64,000 bases of DNA from Myxococcales bacterium (lineage in GTDB: Bacteria > Myxococcota_A > UBA9160 > UBA4427), in assembly GCA_022563535.1 (NCBI GenBank), contig JADFNE010000016.1, forward strand, positions 9,025 to 73,024, in the 5' to 3' direction. A program made the translations under genes and the position numbers. Under the pieces are notes generated by a model, which was given only the letters and a program-made list of their open reading frames with translations, ran no database searches and was not told the DNA's origin. Position 1 is the first letter of the stretch. The number at the start of each line of letters is the position of its first letter. Of the stretch, positions 29,573 to 39,817 are shown piece by piece.

Positions 29573-29618
29573 TGTCTCTTCGGGCTCTTCTAGCTCTTCT
29601 GTCTCTTCGGGCTCTTCT
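29573..29618. repeat. 19-bp direct repeat (TGTCTCTTCGGGCTCTTCT) with 27-bp period across the TetR stop codon
   Basis: Copies at 29573-29591 and 29600-29618. Confidence 0.8.
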
Positions 29619-30333
29619 GTTTCTTCTTCGTCCGTCGCGGCTCCGAAACTGAATGATCCGGCGCTCGAATGGCTTCCCAGCCAAACTCTGCTGCCTGCAC
29701 GATTTGCTTTTCGACCGGATAACCGGGGTCTGACAACCACGCAGTGACGGTTGCGTTGAGCATCCCGACGACCATTTCTGCCAGAAAGTCGGCGCTCATG
29801 TCGTCGCGCACTTCCCCGCAGTTTTGTCCTTCGCGCAGCATCTCGGCAAAGGGCTGATGGACTCTGAGCAGATAGGGGGGCTCGGCGCCGTCGGTTTCAC
29901 TGCGCACCATGGTGAGTACGACGTCTCGGGCAATTTCGTGGGCTTCCCCGATGTCTGCGCCAGCAGCGCGTGCAAAGCCCAACAGACGCGAACGGGTATC
30001 CGTTTTGCGCTCGAGTTCTTGATCGAGCAGGCCTTGAAGGTGGATCACCACCATGTTGGTCATCTCGAACAGGACTGCCCGCTTGTTCTGGAAGTGATTG
30101 AAAAACGTGGCCGGGGCGATATCGGCGGCCTCCGAAATCTGTTCGACGGTGGTGGCCTGGAACCCCCGGTCCCGGAACATCTTGGTCGCAACATCAAAAA
30201 TGTGCTGGCGTAGCGCCTGTTTGCGGCGTTCCCTGCGGCCGGGAGATGGGGCCGAATCAGGCTCTGGCCCCGTAGCGGTCGCGGCCTGCGGCTGAGGTGG
30301 ACGTTCTGAGCGTTTATCTGGAGAAGTCATCAT
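29590..30333 (-). CDS. TetR/AcrR family transcriptional regulator
   Basis: RRERRK..GFQATTVEQISEAADIAPATFFNHFQNK HTH; start uncertain. Confidence 0.92.
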   Translation of the reverse strand: MMTSPDKRSERPPQPQAATATGPEPDSAPSPGRRERRKQALRQHIFDVATKMFRDRGFQATTVEQISEAADIAPATFFNHFQNKRAVLFEMTNMVVIHLQGLLDQELERKTDTRSRLLGFARAAGADIGEAHEIARDVVLTMVRSETDGAEPPYLLRVHQPFAEMLREGQNCGEVRDDMSADFLAEMVVGMLNATVTAWLSDPGYPVEKQIVQAAEFGWEAIRAPDHSVSEPRRTKKKQKSPKRQKS

Positions 30334-30334
30334 G

Positions 30335-30370
30335 CTTGGAGTCCGAGCTAAACTTAGATAGAACTCCAAG
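30335..30370. promoter_or_regulatory. 36-bp imperfect palindrome, candidate TetR operator
   Basis: CTTGGAGT...CTAA-AC-TTAG...ACTCCAAG centred at 30352/30353, immediately upstream of the TetR ATG. Confidence 0.55.
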
Positions 30371-30464
30371 ATACGTCAAGTACTAGAAGGCGCAATTCTT
30401 CGGACTGCTAGGATGCTCCCGAGATCGCGGCTTCCACGCTCAACCATGTACGGAGACCCCCCCG

Positions 30465-31637
30465 ATGCGCTTCTCGACATCTTCCGCCCGTTCGCTCGTA
30501 GCCGCGCTGACCCTGTTCAGCACTGCGAGTTGCGTCTCTCCCCCACCCCCCACTGAGCCCATCGAGGCGACAATCGTCGAACCCGGCGAGAACACGGCCC
30601 TTCGCGTCGACCAGGCCGTGATCCTGCTCGATGCATCCGGTTCAATGGAAGCTTCCTCTCGCTTCCTCTCTACCCAAAACCTCGCTTCATCGTTCGTCGC
30701 GGGGATGCCCGAGGGCGGCTACGCCACGGCGGTCGTCACCTTTGGCGGCGACGCCAGCGAGATCTTCGGCTTTGCCCCATTCGACCGCGACGATTTGGAA
30801 AACGCGGTGATCGACGGCGAACTGCTCGGCAAGAGCACCGACATTCCCGCGGTGCTGAAAGAAGTACAAGGCTTGTTGAGGGGGCGGACGGGCACCACTG
30901 CGATCGTGCTCTTTTCCGATGGCAAAGCGGCCCGCCACGGTCGCGATCTGGGCCTCGAGCACACGCTTGCAGCCGCGTTTCAATTGGTCGCTGAAAATCA
31001 GGGGGAAGTCTGCTTCTTCACGATCCAGTCGGGTGACGACCCGGCGGGCACGCGACTGATGCAGAGCCTTGCCGCCGTCACGGGATGTGGCCGCTATCGA
31101 CACGCCGACTCGCTGACCAGCACAGCGTCCCTTCACGAACTCGAGCAGTACGTATTCTTCGCAGCGCTGCTCCCCGCCGTCAGCGCGCCGCCGCCAGCCA
31201 TTGTCGTCGTCCAAAAGGTCGACCGTGACGGGGATGGCGTAGAAGACGGAACGGATCAGTGTCTCGACACCCCGCACTTCGCACACGTGAACGACTTCGG
31301 CTGCTGGGTGCTCGACAGCTACACCTTCGACACCCGGCAGTTCCGCATTCTCGATTCGCAGTACGAAGCACTCGACGAAGTCGCAGAAGTACTCAAGATG
31401 AACCCCGAGTTGCGCATCCGCATCGACGGTCACACGGATTCCATGGGGACTGCGCAGTTCAATCAAACCCTTTCGGAGCAGCGGGCCGATGCGGTGCGGC
31501 ACTACCTCGAGGCCACCGGTATCGACGCCGCCCGTCTGATGACCCGGGGTTTCGGCATGAGTTCACCGCTTGCGAGCAACAACACCCAAGAAGGCATGGC
31601 GACAAACCGCCGTTGTCAGCTGACGGTTTTGAAGTAG
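30465..31637 (+). CDS. VWA-domain plus OmpA-like peptidoglycan-binding lipoprotein
   Basis: Lipobox-like TASC, MIDAS DASGS..FSDG, DRDGDGV..DQC repeat, GHTDS..NQTLSEQRA..NRR. Confidence 0.88.
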   Translation: MRFSTSSARSLVAALTLFSTASCVSPPPPTEPIEATIVEPGENTALRVDQAVILLDASGSMEASSRFLSTQNLASSFVAGMPEGGYATAVVTFGGDASEIFGFAPFDRDDLENAVIDGELLGKSTDIPAVLKEVQGLLRGRTGTTAIVLFSDGKAARHGRDLGLEHTLAAAFQLVAENQGEVCFFTIQSGDDPAGTRLMQSLAAVTGCGRYRHADSLTSTASLHELEQYVFFAALLPAVSAPPPAIVVVQKVDRDGDGVEDGTDQCLDTPHFAHVNDFGCWVLDSYTFDTRQFRILDSQYEALDEVAEVLKMNPELRIRIDGHTDSMGTAQFNQTLSEQRADAVRHYLEATGIDAARLMTRGFGMSSPLASNNTQEGMATNRRCQLTVLK

Positions 31638-31701
31638 GGCCCCTCCGCGCTAGAGTCCGACTACTCCGCGCGCCCCGTTGCAATTCGTTAGGCCCAACCT
31701 C

Positions 31702-33042
31702 GTGACCAGATCCCATCCCGAAGAAAGTCTCGGCGCAAACCCCGGCGACGCCGCGCTCAATCCTGCCGACTCCGTCGCCATGGGCGTGCCGGCCAATCGC
31801 GTTCGACCCGTCGATGACAAAACAAGAAGTGGCGGCACGTTCCGAGCGCTGTCCCATCCCTCGTTTCGGCTGCTCTTCATGGCCTTCATCATCAACCAGA
31901 CCGGGTTCTGGCTTTCCCATCTTTCGCTTCAAAAACAGATGACCCTGCTCAGCAACAACGACACGCGCATGGTGGGTCTGCTCTTCTTCTTTCTTTTTCT
32001 GCCGGCATTTCTCTTCGCCCCGCTAGCGGGGGTCGTGGCGGATCAATTCGACCGCAAGACGATCGTCCTCTGCTGCTACGGCCTGATCGCCAGCTGCTGT
32101 GCCACGCTCACCTGGTTGACCGCAATGGACGAGATGACGCCCTACCGCATGATCGCAGTCGCGGCTTTCATGGGTCTGTCCTTCGCGTTCTCCGGCCCGG
32201 CAAGCTTTGCGATCGCGGCGAATACGGTACCCGCTGAGGATCTCCCGAGTGCCGTGTCCCTGCAATCGGCCGCGAACAACCTGACCCGGGTCATGGGCCC
32301 CTTCATCGCGATACCGATCGTGGCCTCAGGCCGCTATGACATCTCGTTTGCGAGTTACCTGGTCGCGGCCCTGGTCGCCGCGTTCCTGACCATGCAGATG
32401 AAGATCGATCGCTTTGTCCCCGGAAATGACGAGAGCGGCATCTGGAATCGCATGCACAACGGCATCGTCCACGCTCAGGAACGTCACCCCGCCGTACCCG
32501 CTCTCAGCCTGGTTGCGATGCTGTCGTTCTTCGGGGTTTCGCATACGGTGCTGCTGAGCGCCTACGCGACAGACGTTTTGAAGGATGGACAGTATTTTAC
32601 CTGGCTCGTGTGCGCGACCGGGATCGGAGCCGTGGCCGGAGCGCTGCGATCTGGACGTGAACAGAACCCGGGAATATTCTCGGCATCTCGCAAACTCATC
32701 GTCTACGGCGCAACACTCGCAGTATTTGGCGCGACGGAAAACCTCACAGTTGCTTTGATCGCACAAATAGTGATCGGATACTGCTACTTCGCCGTGATGA
32801 CCAGCCTCCAAACGTTGATCCAACAAATTGTAGATGATTCGAAACGCGGCCGAGTCATGAGCCTGTTTCAGGTCTGCTGGGCCGGCTTGGTGCCCTTCGG
32901 AAGTCTTGCGATGGGATACCTCGCGGTGCCGCTCGGTGTCTCGACGACGCTCATACTCACGTCCGTGATCTGCGCCGGTTACGGAGCGTTCATGTGTCTT
33001 ATGTCTCGCAACTGGAAGAAGCGCGGGCAAGTTTACGGTTGA
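31702..33042 (+). CDS. MFS transporter
   Basis: About 12 TM segments, GVVADQFDRK motif A, RGRVMS; start uncertain. Confidence 0.9.
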   Translation: MTRSHPEESLGANPGDAALNPADSVAMGVPANRVRPVDDKTRSGGTFRALSHPSFRLLFMAFIINQTGFWLSHLSLQKQMTLLSNNDTRMVGLLFFFLFLPAFLFAPLAGVVADQFDRKTIVLCCYGLIASCCATLTWLTAMDEMTPYRMIAVAAFMGLSFAFSGPASFAIAANTVPAEDLPSAVSLQSAANNLTRVMGPFIAIPIVASGRYDISFASYLVAALVAAFLTMQMKIDRFVPGNDESGIWNRMHNGIVHAQERHPAVPALSLVAMLSFFGVSHTVLLSAYATDVLKDGQYFTWLVCATGIGAVAGALRSGREQNPGIFSASRKLIVYGATLAVFGATENLTVALIAQIVIGYCYFAVMTSLQTLIQQIVDDSKRGRVMSLFQVCWAGLVPFGSLAMGYLAVPLGVSTTLILTSVICAGYGAFMCLMSRNWKKRGQVYG

Positions 33043-33205
33043 GAATTTTCCGATCTCCCGATTCCACAAAAATGGGGGCTTGGCCCGATTGAGGCGCCGA
33101 TCCCCGTACCCGATACCTCGACTCGACACGGCAGTATGAACGCAGGTCCATGGGCGATCCGTCCCCTTGCGAATCGATGCGTTGCGCGCCTGCGCGGGAG
33201 CGAAG

Positions 33206-34747
33206 ATGGCTGAGGTCGAGTGGAAGATCGAGAAGTCGCGTTCTGGCGCCAACACGCTCAGCGTCGCCCGACGCCACGCCCACAGCGCTTACAATCCCCT
33301 GGCCGAAGCCCAACAAGTCGCAAGCCAGGTTCTGGCTGCCATGGCGAATGGAGGTCACGACTCACTCATTTCGATCGGATCGGGCCTCGGCTACATCACG
33401 CGCGCGATCTCCGAGCAGTGGACGGAGTCCATCCTGCACTGGGAACCGTTCCCGCAGCTGTGCGAGGAGATCGCCAACAAGGGATTTCCTGGCAATCTCG
33501 GGTCAACCCGCGAAGTCCTGACCGCAGCGGCGAACCGGGGCACCGGCAAGCGAAAGAAGAGTCCCCATCATCGCGTGAGCGTCAGCACGACGAAGGAATT
33601 CGAACTCGCGCTGGACGCACTCGCGGGTTCTGGCCGCAATCCTTATCTCTGGATTCATCCGGGCTACGAACATGTATGCCGTTTTGAAGCGCGCTACGCG
33701 CTCCGGGCGTTGCGCCAAAGACTGGTCGGCCAGGCGAAGCTAACGCCCCGTGCCGCGATTGTGAGTCAACGCAGTATCGAAGCCGCAAGTCAACTGCCCT
33801 TCACTCCCGTGACCGACGACCTGGCGGACTGCCTCGACGGACAGACTGCAATCATCATCTCTGCGGGTCCATCCATTCATCTGGCCAATCGCGGATTCAC
33901 AAATCACTCAGGCGGCGTTCGGTTTGCCGGAGTTCGCGTTCTGCATGAGCTTCTAGCCACATCGTCTCATGTTCACTTTGCGGTGTGCTCTGATCTGCGT
34001 AACCTGTTCGAAATATTTGGCATCCCAAACGACATCCCTTTCGACCTTCTGCTGGCGGACACCTCCTCGGAGCCAAAGATGCTGCGGGACCATCGGGACC
34101 GCAGCTGCCTGTTTCATGGACGAACCCAGCACGCACATCAACTCCCCTGGCAAGCCAGCGGTCTCGAGATTCTCGACGAGCCGATTGTTTCGGTCAGCGA
34201 GACGTCCATGTTGCTGGCGCACAGGATGGGCGCCCGGCGATTCATCCTGGTTGGAGTCGATCTCGATTGTGACGCCTCGCGCTACGCCGAGCGGTTTTTC
34301 GTGAAGAATCTCGCGGGCGAAACTGTGACCACCAACTCGCACTACTTCCACTCCGCTCGCTATCTAGGTGACTACTGTTCGCGACTGCGAGATGAGGGTT
34401 GTGAAATTTTTCGCCTCAGCGACGGACTCCCCATCGCCGGCTGCCAAGCGATCGGCGTCGACGAATTCGAAACACTCATCGCAGCACTTCCCAGCTTCAC
34501 CACTCCCATTCTGCCGCGAACCGTGCACCCTGGGCGCCTCCGGGCAACCCGCAGGCATTACGAGTGGCTGACCAAAAACACCGGCACTTCTGTGCGCCCC
34601 GTCGGCGGCATCGAGCACAGCGATCCCGGCTGGCAGCCCCTCGACCGCGCAGCTTCCCTGCGATTGGCGAGGCGCGCGCTGCGCGACCTGGACGGGATCG
34701 CCCCGGAACGGCAAGCCGGATCAGGATTGGACTCTCAGCTTCTCTGA
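33206..34747 (+). CDS. Maf/DUF115 (MptE-like domain) family protein
   Basis: HSAYNPLAEA, IGSGLGY, AIIISAGPS, SVSE..MGARRFILVGVDL. Confidence 0.72.
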   Translation: MAEVEWKIEKSRSGANTLSVARRHAHSAYNPLAEAQQVASQVLAAMANGGHDSLISIGSGLGYITRAISEQWTESILHWEPFPQLCEEIANKGFPGNLGSTREVLTAAANRGTGKRKKSPHHRVSVSTTKEFELALDALAGSGRNPYLWIHPGYEHVCRFEARYALRALRQRLVGQAKLTPRAAIVSQRSIEAASQLPFTPVTDDLADCLDGQTAIIISAGPSIHLANRGFTNHSGGVRFAGVRVLHELLATSSHVHFAVCSDLRNLFEIFGIPNDIPFDLLLADTSSEPKMLRDHRDRSCLFHGRTQHAHQLPWQASGLEILDEPIVSVSETSMLLAHRMGARRFILVGVDLDCDASRYAERFFVKNLAGETVTTNSHYFHSARYLGDYCSRLRDEGCEIFRLSDGLPIAGCQAIGVDEFETLIAALPSFTTPILPRTVHPGRLRATRRHYEWLTKNTGTSVRPVGGIEHSDPGWQPLDRAASLRLARRALRDLDGIAPERQAGSGLDSQLL

Positions 34748-34863
34748 GTCAGTCGATTTCTCCGGACCCCGAGCACTGGGCGTGCTTCCATTGGAGGCCC
34801 AGGCGATCTGCACAACGTCTTCACCCTTCCAACGTCGCGGCGCCCCCCTAGCGAGCCTTTTCC

Positions 34864-37536
34864 TTGATTGACATCGACTCCGCATTATCTGGCCCGCTCC
34901 GCCGCTGGGTCCGCGCCGTGCGAGTTCGACCGTGGCAAACGCTCGCGCTCTGTGCCGTCGTCACCCTTGCGTCCGGCTACTACGCCGGGGCAAACCTCGG
35001 CATCAACTCCGACACCATCCAACTGTTTCCCGAAGATCTTCCCGCCCGACGAAATCACGATGCCTTCGTGGCGGTTTTTCCAAATCTTGAAAACGCATTG
35101 TTGATCGTAGTGGACGCGGCGACTCCAGAGGCCGCGCGAAATGCCAGCGAGCAGCTCGTCCAGATCCTCAGTCGCGACCCGGTAAATTTCGAAACGGTCT
35201 ATTTGCCCGGTGGCGGCCCATTCTTCGAACAACACGCACTGCTCTATCAAACCGTCGACGACCTCGACCAGTTTTCGGACCACCTCTTACGCGTCCAACC
35301 CGTCATCGCGGAACTCGACCGCGATGCGAGTATCGCCAACCTGACCTCGCTGATTCAGCAAGGTCTCGACCGGTTTCGACCCCAAAACGGCGACGAAGAA
35401 TTGTGGGGTGAGATTTTTGACCGTCTGGGCGGCGCGAGCGTCGAGGTCTACCGAGAGAACCCACTGGCGATTTCCTGGGAGGGCTTGATGCTCGCGGGAT
35501 CGGCGATCGACGTCGTTACCCGTCGCGTCGTGCTCGCCCATCCGGTGCTCGACTTTGCAGACGCGCTTCCGGCGCGCGCTCCCCTTGAAGCCATTCGCAG
35601 AGTAACTGCCCAACTCATGAGCGAGGGGGACAGCAGTCTGCGAATCCGAGTGACCGGCAATCCAGCGCTCACCCATGAAGAAACCCTCAGCCTGACCTGG
35701 GATATTGGGGTCTCGGGGGGGTTCTGCCTGCTGTTGGTCAGCATCATCCTCTTTCTGGCCTTGCGCTCGGGCCCGCTCGTCGGCGGGGTCGTAATCACTT
35801 TGCTCACGGGGCTGATCTGGACCGGGGGCTTCGCCGCCATTGCGGTCGGCAACCTGAACGTGATCTCGATCGCCGCGGGCGTTCTCTTTCTCGGGCTGGG
35901 GGTCGACTTCGGGTTGCATCTGGGCATGCGCTACGCCGACCTGCTGCGCGGCGGTGACAGCCACGCCGCTGCACTCGACGAAGCAGCAGCGAGTGTCGGA
36001 GGATCGCTCTCGATTTGCACCATCACTACGGCGCTCGGCTTCTTCGCTTTCTTGCCGACGGACTACAAGGGAGTGGCAGAACTCGGACTGATCACGGGCG
36101 TGGGTTTGATCATCATCCTCTTCTTGACCTTGACCTTGCTCCCCGCCCTGCTGACTGCCGTGCTTCACGCGAATCCCGAGCGGTTACGAACGCGAGAATT
36201 GCGATTCGGCGAAATACCTTCGCGATTCATCGCGCGCAATTCGCGCACGATTCGCGCCGCGGCGTTCGTCGCCTTTGCGCTGTCCCTGGTACTGGTCTCT
36301 GATCTTCACTTCGACGCCAACATTGTCGCCATGCGCGATCCGTCGACGGAATCTGTCCAGACCTTCAACGACCTGCTCGCCGACTCGGGAACCAATTCAC
36401 CCTGGTACGCCAACTCGGTGGCCGCGAATCTAAAGGAGGCGGATGGGATCAAGCGCCGAATGCAGCGACTCGACGCAGTCGATCGCTCGATTACGCTCTC
36501 CGACTACATCCCCGACGAACAGGAAGAGAAGCTCGAAATCTTGAGCGACCTTTCGTTTCTATTGGGACCGCGCGGGGGCGGTTCAGACACCCCTCCCAAA
36601 ACCCTGCCGCCCGATCAGCAAATTGCAGCGCTGCGTCTGCTTCGCGACCTGCTCGTGCGAGCCAGCGACGAAGCCGAAGCCCCCCTGCTCGTCGCGAGCA
36701 TGCAGGATCTCACTGGAAAACTCGACGAGTTTCTGGTGCGGGTCGACCGAGATGAAGCCCCCGAGCGCGCCCTCGCCAAGCTCGAGGATCTACTGCTTTC
36801 GACGTTTCCCGAACAGGTGGATCGACTCCACCGCGCGCTCAATGCCTCGCGAATTACCCGAGAATCTCTCCCGGATCAGCTCGTCCGACGCTTGATCGCT
36901 CCCGACGGTCGCGCCCGAGTGCAAACCTTTCCCCGGGAGAACCTCGAAAATCACGAAGCCTTCACTCGCTTCGTCGAAGCGGTGCAGAGTGTCGACCCCA
37001 ATGTCACGGGCATCGCGGTCAATCTCGTCGAGTTTGCGCGCACGACGAAGCAGGCCTTCCGACAAGCCATCGCAACGGCCGTGGTTGCGATCTGCGGAAT
37101 CCTCTGGTTGCTTTGGCGGCGCGTCCGTCAGGTCGTCCTGGTCATGGCTCCGCTCATGCTCGCGGGCACCGCAACCGGGGCGATCATGGTCTTGATTGGC
37201 CTCCCCCTCAACTTCTTCAACGTCGTGGTGGTTCCGTTGCTGCTCGGCGCCGGTGTCGACAGTGGCATCCATCTGGTGGAACAGGCCCGTCGACGCAAAC
37301 CCGACGAGATCGATGTTCTCGGCACGACCACCGCGCGGGCCGTCTTTTTTAGTGCACTCACGACCATCACGAGCTTCGGAACCCTCGCCTTTTCGTCCCA
37401 TGTCGGCCTTTCCGGGCTTGGAACGCTATTGACCGTCGGAATGTCGCTCACGGTGATCTGCAACCTGGTGGTTCTGCCGGCCCTGCTGGCAAAGTTCTGG
37501 CGATATCCAGAAACCCCGACTGAGCCCCGGGCATAA
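34864..37536 (+). CDS. MMPL/RND transporter, HpnN (hopanoid-associated) type
   Basis: GGGPFFEQHALLY, VTGNPAL, LFLGLGVDFGLH, FLPTDYKGVAELG, MRDPSTESVQT, LLLGAGVDSGIH. Confidence 0.88.
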   Translation: MIDIDSALSGPLRRWVRAVRVRPWQTLALCAVVTLASGYYAGANLGINSDTIQLFPEDLPARRNHDAFVAVFPNLENALLIVVDAATPEAARNASEQLVQILSRDPVNFETVYLPGGGPFFEQHALLYQTVDDLDQFSDHLLRVQPVIAELDRDASIANLTSLIQQGLDRFRPQNGDEELWGEIFDRLGGASVEVYRENPLAISWEGLMLAGSAIDVVTRRVVLAHPVLDFADALPARAPLEAIRRVTAQLMSEGDSSLRIRVTGNPALTHEETLSLTWDIGVSGGFCLLLVSIILFLALRSGPLVGGVVITLLTGLIWTGGFAAIAVGNLNVISIAAGVLFLGLGVDFGLHLGMRYADLLRGGDSHAAALDEAAASVGGSLSICTITTALGFFAFLPTDYKGVAELGLITGVGLIIILFLTLTLLPALLTAVLHANPERLRTRELRFGEIPSRFIARNSRTIRAAAFVAFALSLVLVSDLHFDANIVAMRDPSTESVQTFNDLLADSGTNSPWYANSVAANLKEADGIKRRMQRLDAVDRSITLSDYIPDEQEEKLEILSDLSFLLGPRGGGSDTPPKTLPPDQQIAALRLLRDLLVRASDEAEAPLLVASMQDLTGKLDEFLVRVDRDEAPERALAKLEDLLLSTFPEQVDRLHRALNASRITRESLPDQLVRRLIAPDGRARVQTFPRENLENHEAFTRFVEAVQSVDPNVTGIAVNLVEFARTTKQAFRQAIATAVVAICGILWLLWRRVRQVVLVMAPLMLAGTATGAIMVLIGLPLNFFNVVVVPLLLGAGVDSGIHLVEQARRRKPDEIDVLGTTTARAVFFSALTTITSFGTLAFSSHVGLSGLGTLLTVGMSLTVICNLVVLPALLAKFWRYPETPTEPRA

Positions 37537-37575
37537 TTCGGTTGATCAGAGCAGTGCTCCTGCCATACTAACGGC

Positions 37576-38832
37576 ATGGGAGACGCCGAGCTCACTCTCG
37601 AGAACATCGACATCGTCAGCAACGAAACGTTCGCTCGCGATGGATATCCCCACGAGGCCTGGACCCTCCTGCGCCGAGAGGCACCCGTCTTTCGCTATGA
37701 CCGCGGCGTCAAGATTCCCTTCTGGGCCATCACCAAGCACGAAGACATCGTCAAGATCTCGCGCCAGTCCCATGAGAACATCAACGCACCTCGGCTCGCC
37801 GTGTTTCCCGAGTTCAGTCCGCCGACGGAAGAGGAACGGGAGATTCGACATCTGTTGCTCATGGATGCACCCGACCACCCCATTTACCGGAAGATCACCT
37901 CGTCGCACTTCACTCCACGATCGGTTCGCCGTCTTGAAGCGAGCATTGAAGAAATCACCCGGGAAACGATCGACGCCATCGCGAATGGTGGAGAGCACAG
38001 TGAATTCGATTTCGTAACATCGGTCTCCGCGCCAGTTCCCCTCGCAGTGCTGGCCGACCTGCTCGGTGTACCCCGTGAAGACTGGAAGCTGATGTTCGCC
38101 TGGACCAACGCGATTGTCGGTTCTTCCGACCCGGAGTATCAAGATACAGGGAACACGCGTCACACGGCGGATCGCGCCCGGGTGCAACTTTTCGAATACT
38201 TCTGGAACATGGCGGAAGAGCGGCGCAAGCAACCGCGGGAAGACATTTCAAGCGTGCTGGCCAACGCGAGCATCGACGGAAAGGATCTACCGCCGAGAGA
38301 ATTGCTCTCCTACTTCTTCCTGCTGGTCGTGGCCGGAAACGAAACCACGCGAAATGCCATGAGCGGGGGGCTGCTCGCCCTGATCCAGAATCCCGAACAA
38401 CTCGAGAAGCTGCGCAAGGATCCGACCTTGATCGACACTGCGGTAGAAGAGATCCTGCGCTGGACGACCCCGGTGATCCAGTTCTGCAGGACCGCAACCC
38501 GGGACTTCGAACTGCGGGGACAGACCATTCGTTCGGGAGATTCCATGTGTCTCTTCTACCCGTCTGCGAACCGCGACGAGGAAGTATTTGATCAACCCTT
38601 CGAGTTCCGGGTAGATCGACAACCCAATCACCACCTCGCATTCGGCATTGGAGAACACTTCTGCCTGGGCGCAAACCTCGCCCGACTCGAACTGCGAATC
38701 CTGTTTCGTCAACTGGCAGAACGCTTGATCGAAGTCGAACTCACCGAACCCGTCGAGCGCTTGCAGTCGAGTTTTCTCGGCGGTGTCAAGCACATGAAGA
38801 TCCGGACCCGGTTCACGAGTGATGCCATTTAA
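37576..38832 (+). CDS. Cytochrome P450 (CYP125-like)
   Basis: [31 protein letters not shown]. Confidence 0.93.
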   Translation: MGDAELTLENIDIVSNETFARDGYPHEAWTLLRREAPVFRYDRGVKIPFWAITKHEDIVKISRQSHENINAPRLAVFPEFSPPTEEEREIRHLLLMDAPDHPIYRKITSSHFTPRSVRRLEASIEEITRETIDAIANGGEHSEFDFVTSVSAPVPLAVLADLLGVPREDWKLMFAWTNAIVGSSDPEYQDTGNTRHTADRARVQLFEYFWNMAEERRKQPREDISSVLANASIDGKDLPPRELLSYFFLLVVAGNETTRNAMSGGLLALIQNPEQLEKLRKDPTLIDTAVEEILRWTTPVIQFCRTATRDFELRGQTIRSGDSMCLFYPSANRDEEVFDQPFEFRVDRQPNHHLAFGIGEHFCLGANLARLELRILFRQLAERLIEVELTEPVERLQSSFLGGVKHMKIRTRFTSDAI

Positions 38833-38852
38833 TTCCCAAACGGAGCCCCCAG

Positions 38853-39797
38853 ATGAAACCATTCCGCTTTGGAGTCCAGGCCGCCCAACTCCCCAGTGAT
38901 CGCTGGGAAGATGCAGCGCGCCAGATCGAGGCCCTCGGCTATTCGACGCTGTTCTTTCCCGACCACTTCGGCAGCCAGTGGGATCCGATGACGGCGCTTC
39001 CCGCCATCAGCACTGCGACCGAAACACTCAACGTGGGTTCCCTCGTCTACGACATCGACTACCGACACCCGGTCATCTATGCCAAGGCCGCCGCGACGCT
39101 CCACGTACTCTCAGGGGGACGCTTCGAATTCGGCATCGGCGCAGGTTGGATGGAGACCGACTACGTCGAAGCTGGCCTGCATTACGACCGTGCCGGGGTG
39201 CGAATCTCTCGGCTCGACGAGGCGCTGCAGATCATTTTTTCAATGTGGCAGAACGAACGGACGAGCTTTGAGGGGGAGCACTACACGATTCGCGAGATCG
39301 CCCAGGCAGTCGCGTTGCCCGAGGGCCAGCGCCCCAAGGTCCTGATCGGCGGCGGTGGGAAACGCTTGCTAACCCTGGCCGGCCGCTACGCCGACATTGT
39401 GGGCATCAACCCGGCGCTCCCCGAAGGTCGGGTCACTAGCGCGACGCCGGCAGATTCTTCCCCCGAGCGCATCCGCGAAAAAGTCTCCTGGGTCCGCGAA
39501 GGGGCCATCGCAGCGGGACGAAACCCCGACGACATCGAACTCAATTCGCTGACCTTCGTGACTGCGATCGTGGATGACCCTTCGAGCGTTCGCGAGGCGA
39601 TCGCCAAGTCGAGCGGGATGACGGTCGAGCAGGTTGCGGATTGCCCCCTGTTCCTGACGGGCTCGGCCAGTGAGATTCGCGATCGGCTCGAAAAACGACG
39701 CGAGGACACGGGCATCAGCTACACGGTGATTCAGGCGGGGGACGATGCACTGCTCGAAACTTTCGCCAAGGAAATCGTCGAACCCCTGACCCGCTGA
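38853..39797 (+). CDS. LLM-class, probably F420-dependent oxidoreductase
   Basis: KPFRFGV, PDHF, YRHP, LSGGRFEFGIGAGW, IGGGGKRLL. Confidence 0.88.
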   Translation: MKPFRFGVQAAQLPSDRWEDAARQIEALGYSTLFFPDHFGSQWDPMTALPAISTATETLNVGSLVYDIDYRHPVIYAKAAATLHVLSGGRFEFGIGAGWMETDYVEAGLHYDRAGVRISRLDEALQIIFSMWQNERTSFEGEHYTIREIAQAVALPEGQRPKVLIGGGGKRLLTLAGRYADIVGINPALPEGRVTSATPADSSPERIREKVSWVREGAIAAGRNPDDIELNSLTFVTAIVDDPSSVREAIAKSSGMTVEQVADCPLFLTGSASEIRDRLEKRREDTGISYTVIQAGDDALLETFAKEIVEPLTR

Positions 39798-39817
39798 GCG
39801 CTGAATTCAGACTCGAA

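Noticed and set aside
29534..29740. Acidic EEPEETEE N-terminal extension of the P450
   Set aside because: Arises from the local repeat and overlaps the TetR gene; an AGGAG RBS supports ATG 29533.
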